DNA of 64,000 nt from a virus, in IMG/VR virus record IMGVR_UViG_3300048838_000238, positions 32,001 to 96,000 of that record; one strand, written 5' to 3'. Of this stretch, positions 40,247-49,913 are shown piece after piece. The notes beneath the pieces were generated by a model. The model worked only from the letters and a program-made list of their open reading frames with translations. It made no database searches and was not told the DNA's origin. How positions within the stretch are numbered: the first letter of the stretch is position 1; every line of letters begins with the position of its first letter. The translations under genes and the position numbers were made by a program.

Positions 40247-40389
40247 CTCTCGAAACTCCTTTTTCGGGGTCGTGACTTCGTGTCACAATGTCTTCTTGGT
40301 GAAGCGTGTTTTTGTGAAAGTCTGGGTTAAAAAGTCCGTGTGGCTTAGGACCGAAATCCACTACCACACAGACCGCTAGAGGGTGCTAG

Positions 40390-40575
40390 TCAGGCCGTCT
40401 CGTCTGCGTCGTCTGCCGATCCCACGAGACAGCTAGTCGCTTTGTCGAGGCTGTCTTTCAGGCTGGCGTTTTCCGTTTGGAGTCTCGCGATCACTTTCCG
40501 CAGAGCCACGATTTCCAACCGTGCGTCCGCATAGGCGATCTTGATTTCGTCGATGCTCAATCCGATCTGATCCAT
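40390..40575 (-). CDS. Small coiled-coil protein
   Basis: GAGGG RBS; directly downstream of an operator. Confidence 0.5.
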   Translation of the reverse strand: MDQIGLSIDEIKIAYADARLEIVALRKVIARLQTENASLKDSLDKATSCLVGSADDADETA

Positions 40576-40596
40576 CTTTCCCTCTAGCAAGTCTGG

Positions 40597-40615
40597 CTAT
40601 ATCGACGTGATATAG
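40597..40615. promoter_or_regulatory. Perfect palindromic operator CTATATC-GACGT-GATATAG
   Basis: Exact consensus in a divergent intergenic gap. Confidence 0.8.
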
Positions 40616-40646
40616 TCGCTGTCGCGTAATATGGTATAATCCTGGC

Positions 40647-41189
40647 ATGGAAACCATCATTTGTGTTTGTGAGAATTGTTCTGTTGAGTTCCCAACTCCT
40701 GCCCATGACGTGCGTCGTCGTGGTAGAAGGTTTTGCAGCCCAGCGTGCTACGATGCTTCGCGACGTAACACGCCAGACAAGTTTTGGTCCTTGACCACGA
40801 AGGTCGATGGGGAATGTTGGCCGTGGAGAGGCCGTCGTACGGAAGGAGGTTACGGCAGATTTCACTTTAGTGGAGAGCAACTCGCCCACCGTGTTTCTTA
40901 TCTGCTTACATTCGGCTCCCTGCCGGATGGTTTGTGCCTCGACCACCTTTGCCGGAACCGCCTGTGCGTCAATCCTGCGCATCTCGAACCTACAACGTGG
41001 CGCGAAAACATCCTTCGCGGTGAAGGTGTCGCTGCACTGGAAGCACGAGCTACTCACTGCAAGTGGGGACATCCATTCGACGCAGCCAATACCATGATCC
41101 GTAAAGACGGAGGACGGTTCTGCCGCGCCTGTGGACGCAGGCGATACAAGGCATACAAGCAAAAGAAGAAATCTCATATTATTTCCTAG
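40647..41189 (+). CDS. HNH homing endonuclease with zinc fingers
   Basis: CENC..FCSPAC, CWPWRG, GYG, AHRVSY, LDHLCRNRLCVNPAHLE, THCKWGH...CRAC; antisense insertion in the head operon. Confidence 0.9.
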   Translation: METIICVCENCSVEFPTPAHDVRRRGRRFCSPACYDASRRNTPDKFWSLTTKVDGECWPWRGRRTEGGYGRFHFSGEQLAHRVSYLLTFGSLPDGLCLDHLCRNRLCVNPAHLEPTTWRENILRGEGVAALEARATHCKWGHPFDAANTMIRKDGGRFCRACGRRRYKAYKQKKKSHIIS

Positions 41190-42205
41190 CCAACCAGGCC
41201 CTTCTCTTGTAGGTCGTCGGCAATCGAATTGACGAAGCTGGCGGTATTGGCCAGATCCACAATCAGCCGGTCACAAGTGCGTGCCAGACTTGCAAAGTTG
41301 CTCCGAATCGCAGCCACGTCGTTCGCGTACGTCGTACCGTCCGCCAGCGCTGCGATCGTGTCAGCCGGGGTTCCTGCCGAGTTGTCTGTCAGGTCAACTG
41401 CGGTTCGCGCCGCGTGCGTGCGGTCAGCGGTCGAAAAGGTCTGAACGTACGCGGCACATTGATCCGTCGGAGTCGATCCGTGGAACGCGACCAAGTCGGT
41501 GGTGGCGCTGCCGATCTGTGCATCACCAGCCACATTCACGCGGACTGCCGCGCCGAAGGCCAAGACCACCGTGCCTGTCGTGGTATCGATCGTGAGGATA
41601 TCGCCAGTCGAATCCTCGATACTCAAGGCATCCGCCAAGTTGGTCGGGACGCGGATCTCGTTCGCGCCGGTAGCGCCGTCGAAGATCAACACCGGAGTCG
41701 TGACCGTAACGAACTCGCTGGTCGTGTCTCCGCTGCCGACGGCATTCGGAGTGACCTTGCTGATCAGCCGCACCAGGACGCGAGTCGTGGCACTGGAATA
41801 TCGTTTCACGACCACACCGATCGCCACGCTCTCGACGGTCGTCTTTTCCAGCTTCTGGTTTTCGACCGCGTCGCCGGTACTGACTTCCGTCACGGAGACC
41901 TTGTCGCCGATCTCGAATGTCGCCGACACGCAGTCGTATTCCGCGATAATGTCAGTCGCGACCGGGAAGTACGGATCAGCCGCCGTTTCCAGCACCGTCC
42001 GCGTTTCCGTGGCGACACCAGCGAACAGAGGCGCGAAGGTCGACTTGTTCAGCGCCGCCGTCCCAGCGTCGGCTTGCGAACTCGCCGGCTTCACGTCGTC
42101 CGTATCGTGAAACAGCAGGTCGCCCTTCTCCACGGCGAGCGTGCCGTTGAAGAGGTACTTGACCGGGAATGCGCTGACGTCTTTGAAAATGCGGGGCTTG
42201 GTCAT
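41186..42205 (-). CDS. Capsid decoration/cement protein with a C-terminal fibre-like extension
   Basis: N-terminal VEKGDLL...FAGVA...AEYD...FEIGD beta-tulip-like pattern; between protease and MCP. Confidence 0.65.
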   Translation of the reverse strand: MTKPRIFKDVSAFPVKYLFNGTLAVEKGDLLFHDTDDVKPASSQADAGTAALNKSTFAPLFAGVATETRTVLETAADPYFPVATDIIAEYDCVSATFEIGDKVSVTEVSTGDAVENQKLEKTTVESVAIGVVVKRYSSATTRVLVRLISKVTPNAVGSGDTTSEFVTVTTPVLIFDGATGANEIRVPTNLADALSIEDSTGDILTIDTTTGTVVLAFGAAVRVNVAGDAQIGSATTDLVAFHGSTPTDQCAAYVQTFSTADRTHAARTAVDLTDNSAGTPADTIAALADGTTYANDVAAIRSNFASLARTCDRLIVDLANTASFVNSIADDLQEKGLVG

Positions 42206-42308
42206 GACGTGTACTTCCTTGTACTTTTTGGTTGTTCAGTGCGGCCCAGCCGCGATTGTTCAAGTGTCAAAAACGCTGCGAATTAACGCCGGACGTTGAT
42301 TGGATTAG

Positions 42309-43691
42309 TTAGCGGATCAGGTTTGCCAAGCTGCCTGGCTCGGCATATTTCTTCGCGACCTCCGCGATGTTCACGGCTGGCTGCTGGACTGGTGCAATCG
42401 CCGGTTGACTGCGAGCCCTCGGTGCATTTTCGAGGACCGGTGCGCCGCCCTTTGCAGGTGCGACCGGAGCGATCGACAGACCAGCCAAGTCGTTGGCGAA
42501 CGCGGTGCGTTCTTCCAGCGTCAACAGCCGAGACATCGCCGTCACGAACTGGCGAGTCGGCGTCACCTTGCGAGCGGTCAACAGGTCCGTGCATTCAAGC
42601 ACGACGTTCACGTCTAGCGATTTCCTGGCCGATTCCTCGACGGTTTCTTTTTCCTCCGGCATTTCGGAGGGCATTGGTTCTGGTTCTTCAGCGGGTGCCG
42701 CTTCGGTGACGGCTGCCGCCGCGAGGTTGTCGCTCACGCTGTCGCTCATGTCGAGCGATGCCAACACTGCTCGGAGTTGCTCGGTGCTGGCTTCCGCCAC
42801 CTTTGAGGCAATCGCTGCCAGAATGCCGGCCCGAATCTGCGATTCTGGAGACACGTCATCCACCGGCACTTCCACGGGCAGATCGCCCATTTCTGGATCG
42901 ATCGCGCCATCCGCTTCGGAGACGGCGTCTTTCAACATGCCGTACTCTTCCGTGCCTTCCATGTCTTCCGGTGCGGATTCCAAAATCATGCGGATCGTAT
43001 GTCGCATCGCAGCGTGACCTTTCCGTTGGGCCGATTCAAAGAGGCTATGCGTGGTGCCGGGATTCCCGTTCACCACTGCGACTCCCGAGACGGCAGTAAT
43101 TTCTGTGAGGTAAATCCGCCCGTTTTGCAGGATCGGAGTTGGTCCGCGCTGAGCCTCGTGACTCAGTGCAAAGGCGTCCGGCTTCCGCTTGGCGACTTCA
43201 ACCAGGATGGGAGAGAACTCGCTCGATTCCAGGTAGTGAAGATCGGCGACGATGCCCTTGCCTTCGACAAATCTCGCCTCGGCCAGCCAGCCGACCATGC
43301 GAGTGTTGTCGTGTGACTCTTCTTTGAGTACGCGGCGACCGCTGGCGTCGTAGCCGAATTCAAGATGCCCGTCGTAGACCTTTGCACCTTCGTACAAAGG
43401 AACAGCCCTGCGCAAACATTCCGTTGTGTACGCATAGGGCCGATCGACCGCGTCTCCAAAATCCCTTTCGGAGAGTCCCAGAACGCGGCCGGTATTTTTC
43501 GATTCCTCCGCGACAACCAGGACGCCGCGAATAACCTTGGCTTCCTCGTCGACTCGCGATACGCCCAGCGCCAATTCCATGACGCCGCTGGCCAACTCCA
43601 GAACGATTAAGTTCTGAGGGGCTGGTTGTGCCGTCCTGGCTTTCCGTGACAGACGTTTCCGCTGGCGTGTTTTGGCTTCCGTGCCGTTCAT
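42309..43691 (-). CDS. Prohead protease / scaffold fusion
   Basis: S.N.R...Y, YEGAKVYDGH, VGW, ADLHYL, ALSH and PGTT..LFES; acidic helical C-terminus. Confidence 0.8.
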   Translation of the reverse strand: MNGTEAKTRQRKRLSRKARTAQPAPQNLIVLELASGVMELALGVSRVDEEAKVIRGVLVVAEESKNTGRVLGLSERDFGDAVDRPYAYTTECLRRAVPLYEGAKVYDGHLEFGYDASGRRVLKEESHDNTRMVGWLAEARFVEGKGIVADLHYLESSEFSPILVEVAKRKPDAFALSHEAQRGPTPILQNGRIYLTEITAVSGVAVVNGNPGTTHSLFESAQRKGHAAMRHTIRMILESAPEDMEGTEEYGMLKDAVSEADGAIDPEMGDLPVEVPVDDVSPESQIRAGILAAIASKVAEASTEQLRAVLASLDMSDSVSDNLAAAAVTEAAPAEEPEPMPSEMPEEKETVEESARKSLDVNVVLECTDLLTARKVTPTRQFVTAMSRLLTLEERTAFANDLAGLSIAPVAPAKGGAPVLENAPRARSQPAIAPVQQPAVNIAEVAKKYAEPGSLANLIR

Positions 43692-44242
43692 TTAGCCAAG
43701 GATAGAGCGGCAATTGGCGGTTTTTACGCAAACCAGACTGAGGCAGCCTCGCGACGGCGATCCGCGACCAGGCGTGAGAAGTCCGCAGTTGTTGCGAGAC
43801 GCGAGCAAACTCGGCAATTCGCACGGCAAGCGATTAGTCGCCGCTTGTGCGATGTGGACCCATCCGCCGCTAGTCGCGAGAAGCTGGACTCCACGCAGAT
43901 GCGAGAATTCTCAGCACGTTCACGCCTAGATAAGTCGCTGCTAAGACATAGACAGCCATCGCGAGTCTCGCCTCGCCGGTGAATTCAAGCAGAACTCTGA
44001 CCGTGACTTCCATCTCTGCATGATAAACGAAGCGGCGCGGCGGTCTTTGTGAGGCATTCAGGAAGTGGACCCATCCGCCGATTCGCGACACGGCTTACAC
44101 TTCCGACCTGGACGTCCGGGAGGTATCGGTTTATCGCACGACGCGCAACAGCTTCTGCGCACCGCAGGTCTGCTCATTGGCAGCCGGAATAAATCACCTG
44201 CGACGATAGCCAATGTGAGCATCTTCTCTCGTGTGTCTTCGT

Positions 44243-44752
44243 TTATAGAGACGCTCTCCAGTTCTCGAACAGTTCAACTGATGCTTGTAGGTACGGCCGG
44301 AATGCTTCCAGCGCTGACTCAGCCTCGTAGTCAGTGACAGTGAATTGACACCGTGGGCATTGGTGCATACCGCCGCTCCGAACTGGCGGATAGAAAGAAT
44401 CCGACGTGCCGAGATAGCTGCACTTAGGGCAATGTCCATCGTGCATTGATCGTACGATCCGATGTAGCGCCCGAGCGTGTTCGGCGGATAGGTCAAGTGA
44501 CAGACGAGTACATTCGCTCTTGACTTGTTCAGCTTTTGGAGGAAGTGCGTCGGTCGCGGTGGAGTTTAAGTCGCCGCCGATCGACGCATCGAAGTGGCTA
44601 ACGGCGATGTCGGCGTTTACCCGAGACTGCTCAAGAGCCTTGCCGTGATTGCAACTCGCGGCGTACACGCCGCACCATAATTTCGTGCGAAGCTCCTGTG
44701 TGTGTTTCCGATCAGAGACCAACCGTTCCGCTTCGTTACTCATCGTGTTCAC
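44243..44752 (-). CDS. Zinc-ribbon protein
   Basis: HCPKC and QCPRC motifs; AAGGA RBS. Confidence 0.55.
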   Translation of the reverse strand: MNTMSNEAERLVSDRKHTQELRTKLWCGVYAASCNHGKALEQSRVNADIAVSHFDASIGGDLNSTATDALPPKAEQVKSECTRLSLDLSAEHARALHRIVRSMHDGHCPKCSYLGTSDSFYPPVRSGGMHQCPRCQFTVTDYEAESALEAFRPYLQASVELFENWRASL

Positions 44753-44764
44753 GTCCTTTCTGTG

Positions 44765-45130
44765 CTAGTTCATTCCGCACACAACGCCCCAAGTGATCCG
44801 ACACTCGCCTTCCGCCGCCAGAACGGCAGACGTGAACGGCCTCGCCATTTCCTCGAATCTAGCGATCTCATGCGAGATTGCTGGGATCGCAAAGACCGGC
44901 ATGTCGTCGTTCTTCGAGAAGCTCATCTGCCGATCGACGCCGGGTAGCTTCCGATTCGGAATCAGGTACTTCCTGACTTCATAGGACCCCAACTCTCCAC
45001 GCCCGTCATACACGATGCTTTCATGTTCGTAGATCAGCTCCTCATCGAAGTTCCACGCTTCGATGTACGGCCCGACATAAACACTGAGATTCATGCTCAT
45101 CGCGATCTCGACTCTTCTGAAAGCTCGCAC
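44765..45130 (-). CDS. Hypothetical protein
   Basis: ORF in the accessory cluster; start uncertain. Confidence 0.5.
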   Translation of the reverse strand: MRAFRRVEIAMSMNLSVYVGPYIEAWNFDEELIYEHESIVYDGRGELGSYEVRKYLIPNRKLPGVDRQMSFSKNDDMPVFAIPAISHEIARFEEMARPFTSAVLAAEGECRITWGVVCGMN

Positions 45131-45309
45131 CTAGTGACTTGTTTAACGATTGCACCCCAGCGGACGACGCTTATTCCGACTGGCCTGCCACCGCCATAGG
45201 AGACAATCGTTGCAGCTTTCTGTCGCGTGATATCAGTGACCTTTCCACGTTTCACTAGCCTCGATATTCGTGCGCCGTGGTTCATATCAGCTATTCGCCG
45301 GTCGGCAGC

Positions 45310-45328
45310 CTATATCGGAAAGACATAG
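45310..45328. promoter_or_regulatory. Palindromic operator copy CTATATC-N5-GACATAG
   Basis: 1 mismatch; intergenic. Confidence 0.75.
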
Positions 45329-45338
45329 CAAAGAACGT

Positions 45339-45590
45339 CTAAGATTTCTTCGCAGCGCCAGCGAGCAGCCAAGCAGCCGCCTCGTTACTGCCGACATGAA
45401 ACGACGGCTTGCCGACGATGCGCTCGCCCCTGACCGATTCGCAGGCGTGATAGATCGTCGCGCCACCGCCTTTGACTTTCAGTCGGCCGCCGCCGAGATT
45501 CGGCTCATGGCCGACGATCACCACTTCACGAGAATCCGCTACCTCGCTAGGACACGGTAAGACGTCGCCGATTTCAAGAGTTGCCTGCAT
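45339..45590 (-). CDS. Hypothetical protein
   Basis: Coupled ORF in the accessory cluster. Confidence 0.45.
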   Translation of the reverse strand: MQATLEIGDVLPCPSEVADSREVVIVGHEPNLGGGRLKVKGGGATIYHACESVRGERIVGKPSFHVGSNEAAAWLLAGAAKKS

Positions 45591-45921
45591 GATCCAACTT
45601 CCCTCTATAAGATTCCCGACCAGCGATCACTAACTGTTCACTGGCCTCTTTCCAGCCGGCACGATACGAGTCACGAAACATTCCGATCTCTTGCGGCTCG
45701 CTCGCGCCGATACATCGCGAACACCAACCAGCGAGGAACGCCGTCAGAGATGGAATGATGCCGCCTATCTCGTTCCAACGCAAATGCACAACCGACCACC
45801 GCGTTAGCGCCAACTCGATTGGCAGTTCCATCGGGCGAATCTGCGCCGGAGACTGCTGCGGCTTCTCACATCCAGGTCCATCGCAGTACGGTGTACGAAG
45901 TTCAGGGTTGCACTTGCACAT
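45574..45921 (-). CDS. Hypothetical protein
   Basis: MCKCNP..RTPYC N-terminus. Confidence 0.5.
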   Translation of the reverse strand: MCKCNPELRTPYCDGPGCEKPQQSPAQIRPMELPIELALTRWSVVHLRWNEIGGIIPSLTAFLAGWCSRCIGASEPQEIGMFRDSYRAGWKEASEQLVIAGRESYRGKLDHAGNS

Positions 45922-46201
45922 GGTTACTCTTCCACTACTTCCGCGAACAACCGAATACCGGTGAAGTTCCTGGGCAGTCGCCGCAAGAACTTCTCGCCAT
46001 CGCTGGCATCGACCGCGCCTTCCACCTGACCAGGATTGTCGCCGAACTTGCCTGACAGCACACGTTCCGCTAACGACTCATCGCCGGATAGTCGCACAGC
46101 GCGGCCGTCCTGCAATCCCAGTGTCAGCACCGTTACAATGTTGGCATCGCGGTCGGCAGTCTTGAACTTAACGATCACCTGGCTGGTCCTTGCTTGAGAG
46201 T

Positions 46202-46537
46202 TTAAGCGGATTCGACATAGCCAATTTTCTGGCTCGTCTTTTTGAACTTCGCGTCGCGGATCGTTTCCAAGTCTAGGCCCGCAGCCTGAGCCCACAGATC
46301 CAAGTAGATTGCCGCGTCGGCAATCTCATCGGCTAGTTTTCCGCGAAGTTCTTCTGGAGTTTCGTCATTCCCTGGAATGCCGTCACGCACTCGATTGAGC
46401 TTCTTGACGATGTTTGCGGCCTCGCCTACTTCACCGACAGTGGCTGTCACCCAATCACTGAGGCTCCACGAATTGAGCGGGTGATTGAATCCGTCCGGAG
46501 CCTCGCAACGACGTCTGTTTCGTTCGCTGAATTTCAT
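46202..46537 (-). CDS. MazG-like nucleotide pyrophosphohydrolase
   Basis: GEVGEAANIVKK and LADEIADAAIYL (ExxE/ExxD). Confidence 0.85.
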   Translation of the reverse strand: MKFSERNRRRCEAPDGFNHPLNSWSLSDWVTATVGEVGEAANIVKKLNRVRDGIPGNDETPEELRGKLADEIADAAIYLDLWAQAAGLDLETIRDAKFKKTSQKIGYVESA

Positions 46538-46564
46538 TCGGTAAATCCCACTTTCTGGCCTGCG

Positions 46565-46885
46565 TTATCGGAGCCGAACCGACTCGACTCCGTCTCCGAA
46601 TAGCTCGGAAGCTTCTGGTGTAAATTTGACATCGGCCATGAGTACCGAGCCGACTCCTTCCATCTTCTCTTCCCTGAATTTCGTCACGTAGCCAACGCAA
46701 TAATTGTCTCTGTAGACGAGTGTTTTCGAGTTCACGATTGTCGCTTCGATTCGTCCTGACAGATACTCAGCAGGAACGTCGTAGCCCCAAATGCGGATTG
46801 TTTTAGGTGGCTTCTTGGCGAACACCGACGACAACGGGCTAAACAGTGCGGCCACGGCGGCGACGAAACTACGACGGCTCAACAT
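46565..46885 (-). CDS. Small protein with a Tat-like signal (SRRSF)
   Basis: MLSRRSFVAAVAALF N-terminus. Confidence 0.5.
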   Translation of the reverse strand: MLSRRSFVAAVAALFSPLSSVFAKKPPKTIRIWGYDVPAEYLSGRIEATIVNSKTLVYRDNYCVGYVTKFREEKMEGVGSVLMADVKFTPEASELFGDGVESVRLR

Positions 46886-46890
46886 TAGAT

Positions 46891-49680
46891 TTAATCCTTC
46901 AGGGCTCGTCCGCCATCAAAAGCATTGCCGGTGTACTGGTCGTGAGGCGGCGCGATCTTGCGGAAGTTGTCGCTGTGCTTGTGCAAGACTTCGGCCCGCT
47001 TCCAAAAGGCTTGCAGTTGATCGTCTTCCAGGAACGGTTTCAGTTCGCGCGTAACAGTCTCGCGGTCTGATAGTAGCTTGCCGAGACTGTCTTGGAAATC
47101 CTGCGGCAGCTTCTCGGCGTAGAACTTCGGAGGCCAGACTCCCTTGAGCGCGTACTTGCCAGCGATGTACGGCTCGTTGTGCTTCGGAAAGCCCATGCCG
47201 TTATCGATAGCTACTGGCTTATCGCCGTCGGCCAGCACGTTTCCGTAGTGCCGATCCGGATTGCCGATCAGCAGATCAAACGCGGCGAGCTTCGTCATTC
47301 CTTCCTCGGACACTCTATCGAGGACTTTGTAGTTGATGAAGCCGTTCTCGACCGCTGCTTTGCCGTTGGACCATTCCTGGACGCTGCCGATCCCGAGTTC
47401 GCCATCGGCCAAGGCAGTCTTGGGGACCATGCCGAGTCCCATGATCTCATCGAGGACCGATGCCGCGACTTCGGATTTGTGCATGGTCTGCGGATGCCAC
47501 ATCTCAGGATCCCAACCGTGGTCTGCGATCTTCGCATCGCCGGAGGCTGGCTTGTAGACGCCTCTCTTGTCGCCTTCCAGATCGACAACATAAGACGAGT
47601 TGATCCCTTTTGTTTCGGTGATCTTCCTCGGTTGCGAGATAGCGACTCGCTCTTTCGATCTCGGTGTTTCAGGGCGCGGCGATGCGGTTGTAGTTTTGTC
47701 GCTGCGCGGCGAGGCGTCGTCTTTGCCTGTCTCTGCTTTTCCGCCATCAGTGAATGCCTGCGTAGACGCGACTCCGCCGCCGGCGGCTTTCAAGTCGCGA
47801 TCCAGCTTCTCCCTTTCCTTGGGATCAGTGACTGAGTCGCGCAGAGCTTTCTCTTTGGCTGGATTACCAGCGGCTAGCGTGATCGCTCCGCTCGATACAA
47901 ACTTCCCGTGGTCGTCGCGCGGATGATCGGACTCATTAAATGCTTCCGCGATAAAGCGACATTCTCGCTCCCAGCGTTGGATGTCTTCAAACGACTCATG
48001 CACACGTCCAGACTTGCCTGACTTAATGGCCGCATCCAGCATCTTAATTGCATCGTCAACAGTCGCCCCGCTTTCTGGGTCGATGCTGATATCGGACGAC
48101 GTGTGACGCTTCCCTCGTTTCGTATCGAAGCCACCGACAGTTTGCAGTTTTCCGTCAACCCAATCGCGTGGTTGCGGATGATCGGCGAAGCGAATCTTGT
48201 ATTCTCCTCCGGACGGCAGTGTCGCAAATACATAACGGCTCGTCGAATCATCAGGGACGCTCACGCGAACCTGGACTCCCATGTCGGCGATTTTGGACGC
48301 CAAGTCTATCGACGGCTTGTCAAACTTCCGAGACAGCGAGTCAATGTGCGTTCGCTGGTCAATAACTTCATTTCTGACCGCAGACTTCACCTTATCTCGC
48401 GACTCGTTGTCGATTTTGTATGGCTCTGGAGTATCCATTACCCCAGCGGACTTGCGGCTGTACAGGTTGCCTGCTTTATCGATCGCGAACTCCCGGCCTT
48501 CGACGTGAAGCGTTCCGAACGGCGATACCTTCTGAAGCGACAGTCGTCTCTTTTTACCGTCTCCTTTGATTGCCGCCTCGGCGCTGCGGAATTGGCCTTT
48601 CGTCCAGTTCATCGTTCGCGATTCAACCTTGTCGGCGAACGAGTTGAGTTCAGCCATGTCGATCGGCGGCTTAAACGATCCTTCCACTTTAATCTTGCGA
48701 TCTGGTGACTTACCTCTGGCGGCCAGTAACTCGCGATCTAATTTCTCCCGCTGCTGCGGATCGGTGACTGAGTCTCGCAGTTTATTCTCTTTAGCCGGAT
48801 TCCCCGCTGCCGACGTGATCGAATCACCAGAAACAAATCGCCCGTTGTCAGCCCTTGGATGGTCGCTCTCAACGAACTCGGCGATGAAGCCACCATCCGC
48901 GCCGCCACCGAACCCCATCACCAGCAAGTCCACCATCGCTCGGCAAGTCTGATGATCGGATTCAAAGAGTCCTTCGGTATCTGGTTCACCGGGATCTGGT
49001 GTTCGGGATGCGGTGTCGCGCGGAACAATAGAGAGGGTACAGCAGCAGTGGGGGTGACTTGGCGGTCCATCAGAATACTTCGACCAGTACGATTGATCCG
49101 TCCCGGCCATCCGTTCGCAAAACTCACAGTGATCGCAATTTCCTAGTGTCCAGATCACTTTGTACTGGCTCGCCACAGCGGCACTCCCGCGCCCGGCTGC
49201 AAGCAACGTACCCGCAGAAGCGGCCTTCGTTGTCTCGGTAACGGCGACCGTCCCCATCCGCTCGGGACCGAGTACCTTCATCAGGTCCGCGCGAATCCGC
49301 GTCACGCCGATCTTCTTACCGGCTGCGATTTCTGCGTTCCAGACTTCTTGCGTTGCGTTCAACTGCTTGACGGTGGTTTGCATCATCCGCCGCGCGGCGA
49401 ACGAGGCGCGAATCCGCCCCCAGCCACCGGACTGCGCACTAGCAAAGTCAGCAGGTACGCCTTCCTGGATCGCGCTGGCCATCATGATCAGGATCAGAAT
49501 CGCGGCCAGTTCAGCGTTTGTCTCTTGCTCGACGCGATCCCAGAAGCTGGTCGGCACGTTCCGTAGATTTGGCGGATTGCCGAGATAGGCTTCGATTTCA
49601 CGGCGGTGCTGGGCGCTGAGCTTGCTCAAGCGGCGGAAGGCTTGCTGCTCGAATTGATCGCGTTCTACTAGTTGGGCCAT
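46891..49680 (-). CDS. MuF (SPP1 gp7-like) head morphogenesis protein fused to a variable domain and a PI3/4K/HipA-like kinase
   Basis: AVTETT..., W...C..C..C and PPSHPHCCC (MuF); two ESDHPR.D.G(R/K)FVS repeats; C-terminal VYKP, FDLLIGNPDRHYGN and AIDNG kinase motifs. Confidence 0.85.
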   Translation of the reverse strand: MAQLVERDQFEQQAFRRLSKLSAQHRREIEAYLGNPPNLRNVPTSFWDRVEQETNAELAAILILIMMASAIQEGVPADFASAQSGGWGRIRASFAARRMMQTTVKQLNATQEVWNAEIAAGKKIGVTRIRADLMKVLGPERMGTVAVTETTKAASAGTLLAAGRGSAAVASQYKVIWTLGNCDHCEFCERMAGTDQSYWSKYSDGPPSHPHCCCTLSIVPRDTASRTPDPGEPDTEGLFESDHQTCRAMVDLLVMGFGGGADGGFIAEFVESDHPRADNGRFVSGDSITSAAGNPAKENKLRDSVTDPQQREKLDRELLAARGKSPDRKIKVEGSFKPPIDMAELNSFADKVESRTMNWTKGQFRSAEAAIKGDGKKRRLSLQKVSPFGTLHVEGREFAIDKAGNLYSRKSAGVMDTPEPYKIDNESRDKVKSAVRNEVIDQRTHIDSLSRKFDKPSIDLASKIADMGVQVRVSVPDDSTSRYVFATLPSGGEYKIRFADHPQPRDWVDGKLQTVGGFDTKRGKRHTSSDISIDPESGATVDDAIKMLDAAIKSGKSGRVHESFEDIQRWERECRFIAEAFNESDHPRDDHGKFVSSGAITLAAGNPAKEKALRDSVTDPKEREKLDRDLKAAGGGVASTQAFTDGGKAETGKDDASPRSDKTTTASPRPETPRSKERVAISQPRKITETKGINSSYVVDLEGDKRGVYKPASGDAKIADHGWDPEMWHPQTMHKSEVAASVLDEIMGLGMVPKTALADGELGIGSVQEWSNGKAAVENGFINYKVLDRVSEEGMTKLAAFDLLIGNPDRHYGNVLADGDKPVAIDNGMGFPKHNEPYIAGKYALKGVWPPKFYAEKLPQDFQDSLGKLLSDRETVTRELKPFLEDDQLQAFWKRAEVLHKHSDNFRKIAPPHDQYTGNAFDGGRALKD

Positions 49681-49894
49681 TGACTTTTTTCCGAGTTCTT
49701 TGTTCGTCGCTCAACTCGGTCCCACCCGCAGTGAGTAACTAAAAGTTCTTTCACTGTGAGGGCCGGGGACATAAGTCCTGTGATCCTCACGCTTTCGACG
49801 GCGTTCCGCGACTGCTCCGACCGGTAAACGTATCGGGCATTGATCGCGCTCAGCCTTGCGGTGGCTGAACTGTATCAGTCGTATCCATCGGAGA

Positions 49895-49913
49895 CTATAT
49901 CAGGTTGAAATAG
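49895..49913. promoter_or_regulatory. Palindromic operator copy CTATATC-N5-GAAATAG
   Basis: 1 mismatch; intergenic. Confidence 0.75.

Noticed and set aside
39020-40330. Long plus-strand ORFs (also 25559-26503, 35011-36000, 41414-42286, 27208-28023)
   Set aside because: Antisense shadows of well-supported minus-strand genes in GC-rich DNA, with no recognisable motifs
47791-48876. MuF repeat pair as the template/variable repeats of a diversity-generating retroelement
   Set aside because: No reverse transcriptase in the window, both copies are coding, and the differences are not confined to adenines
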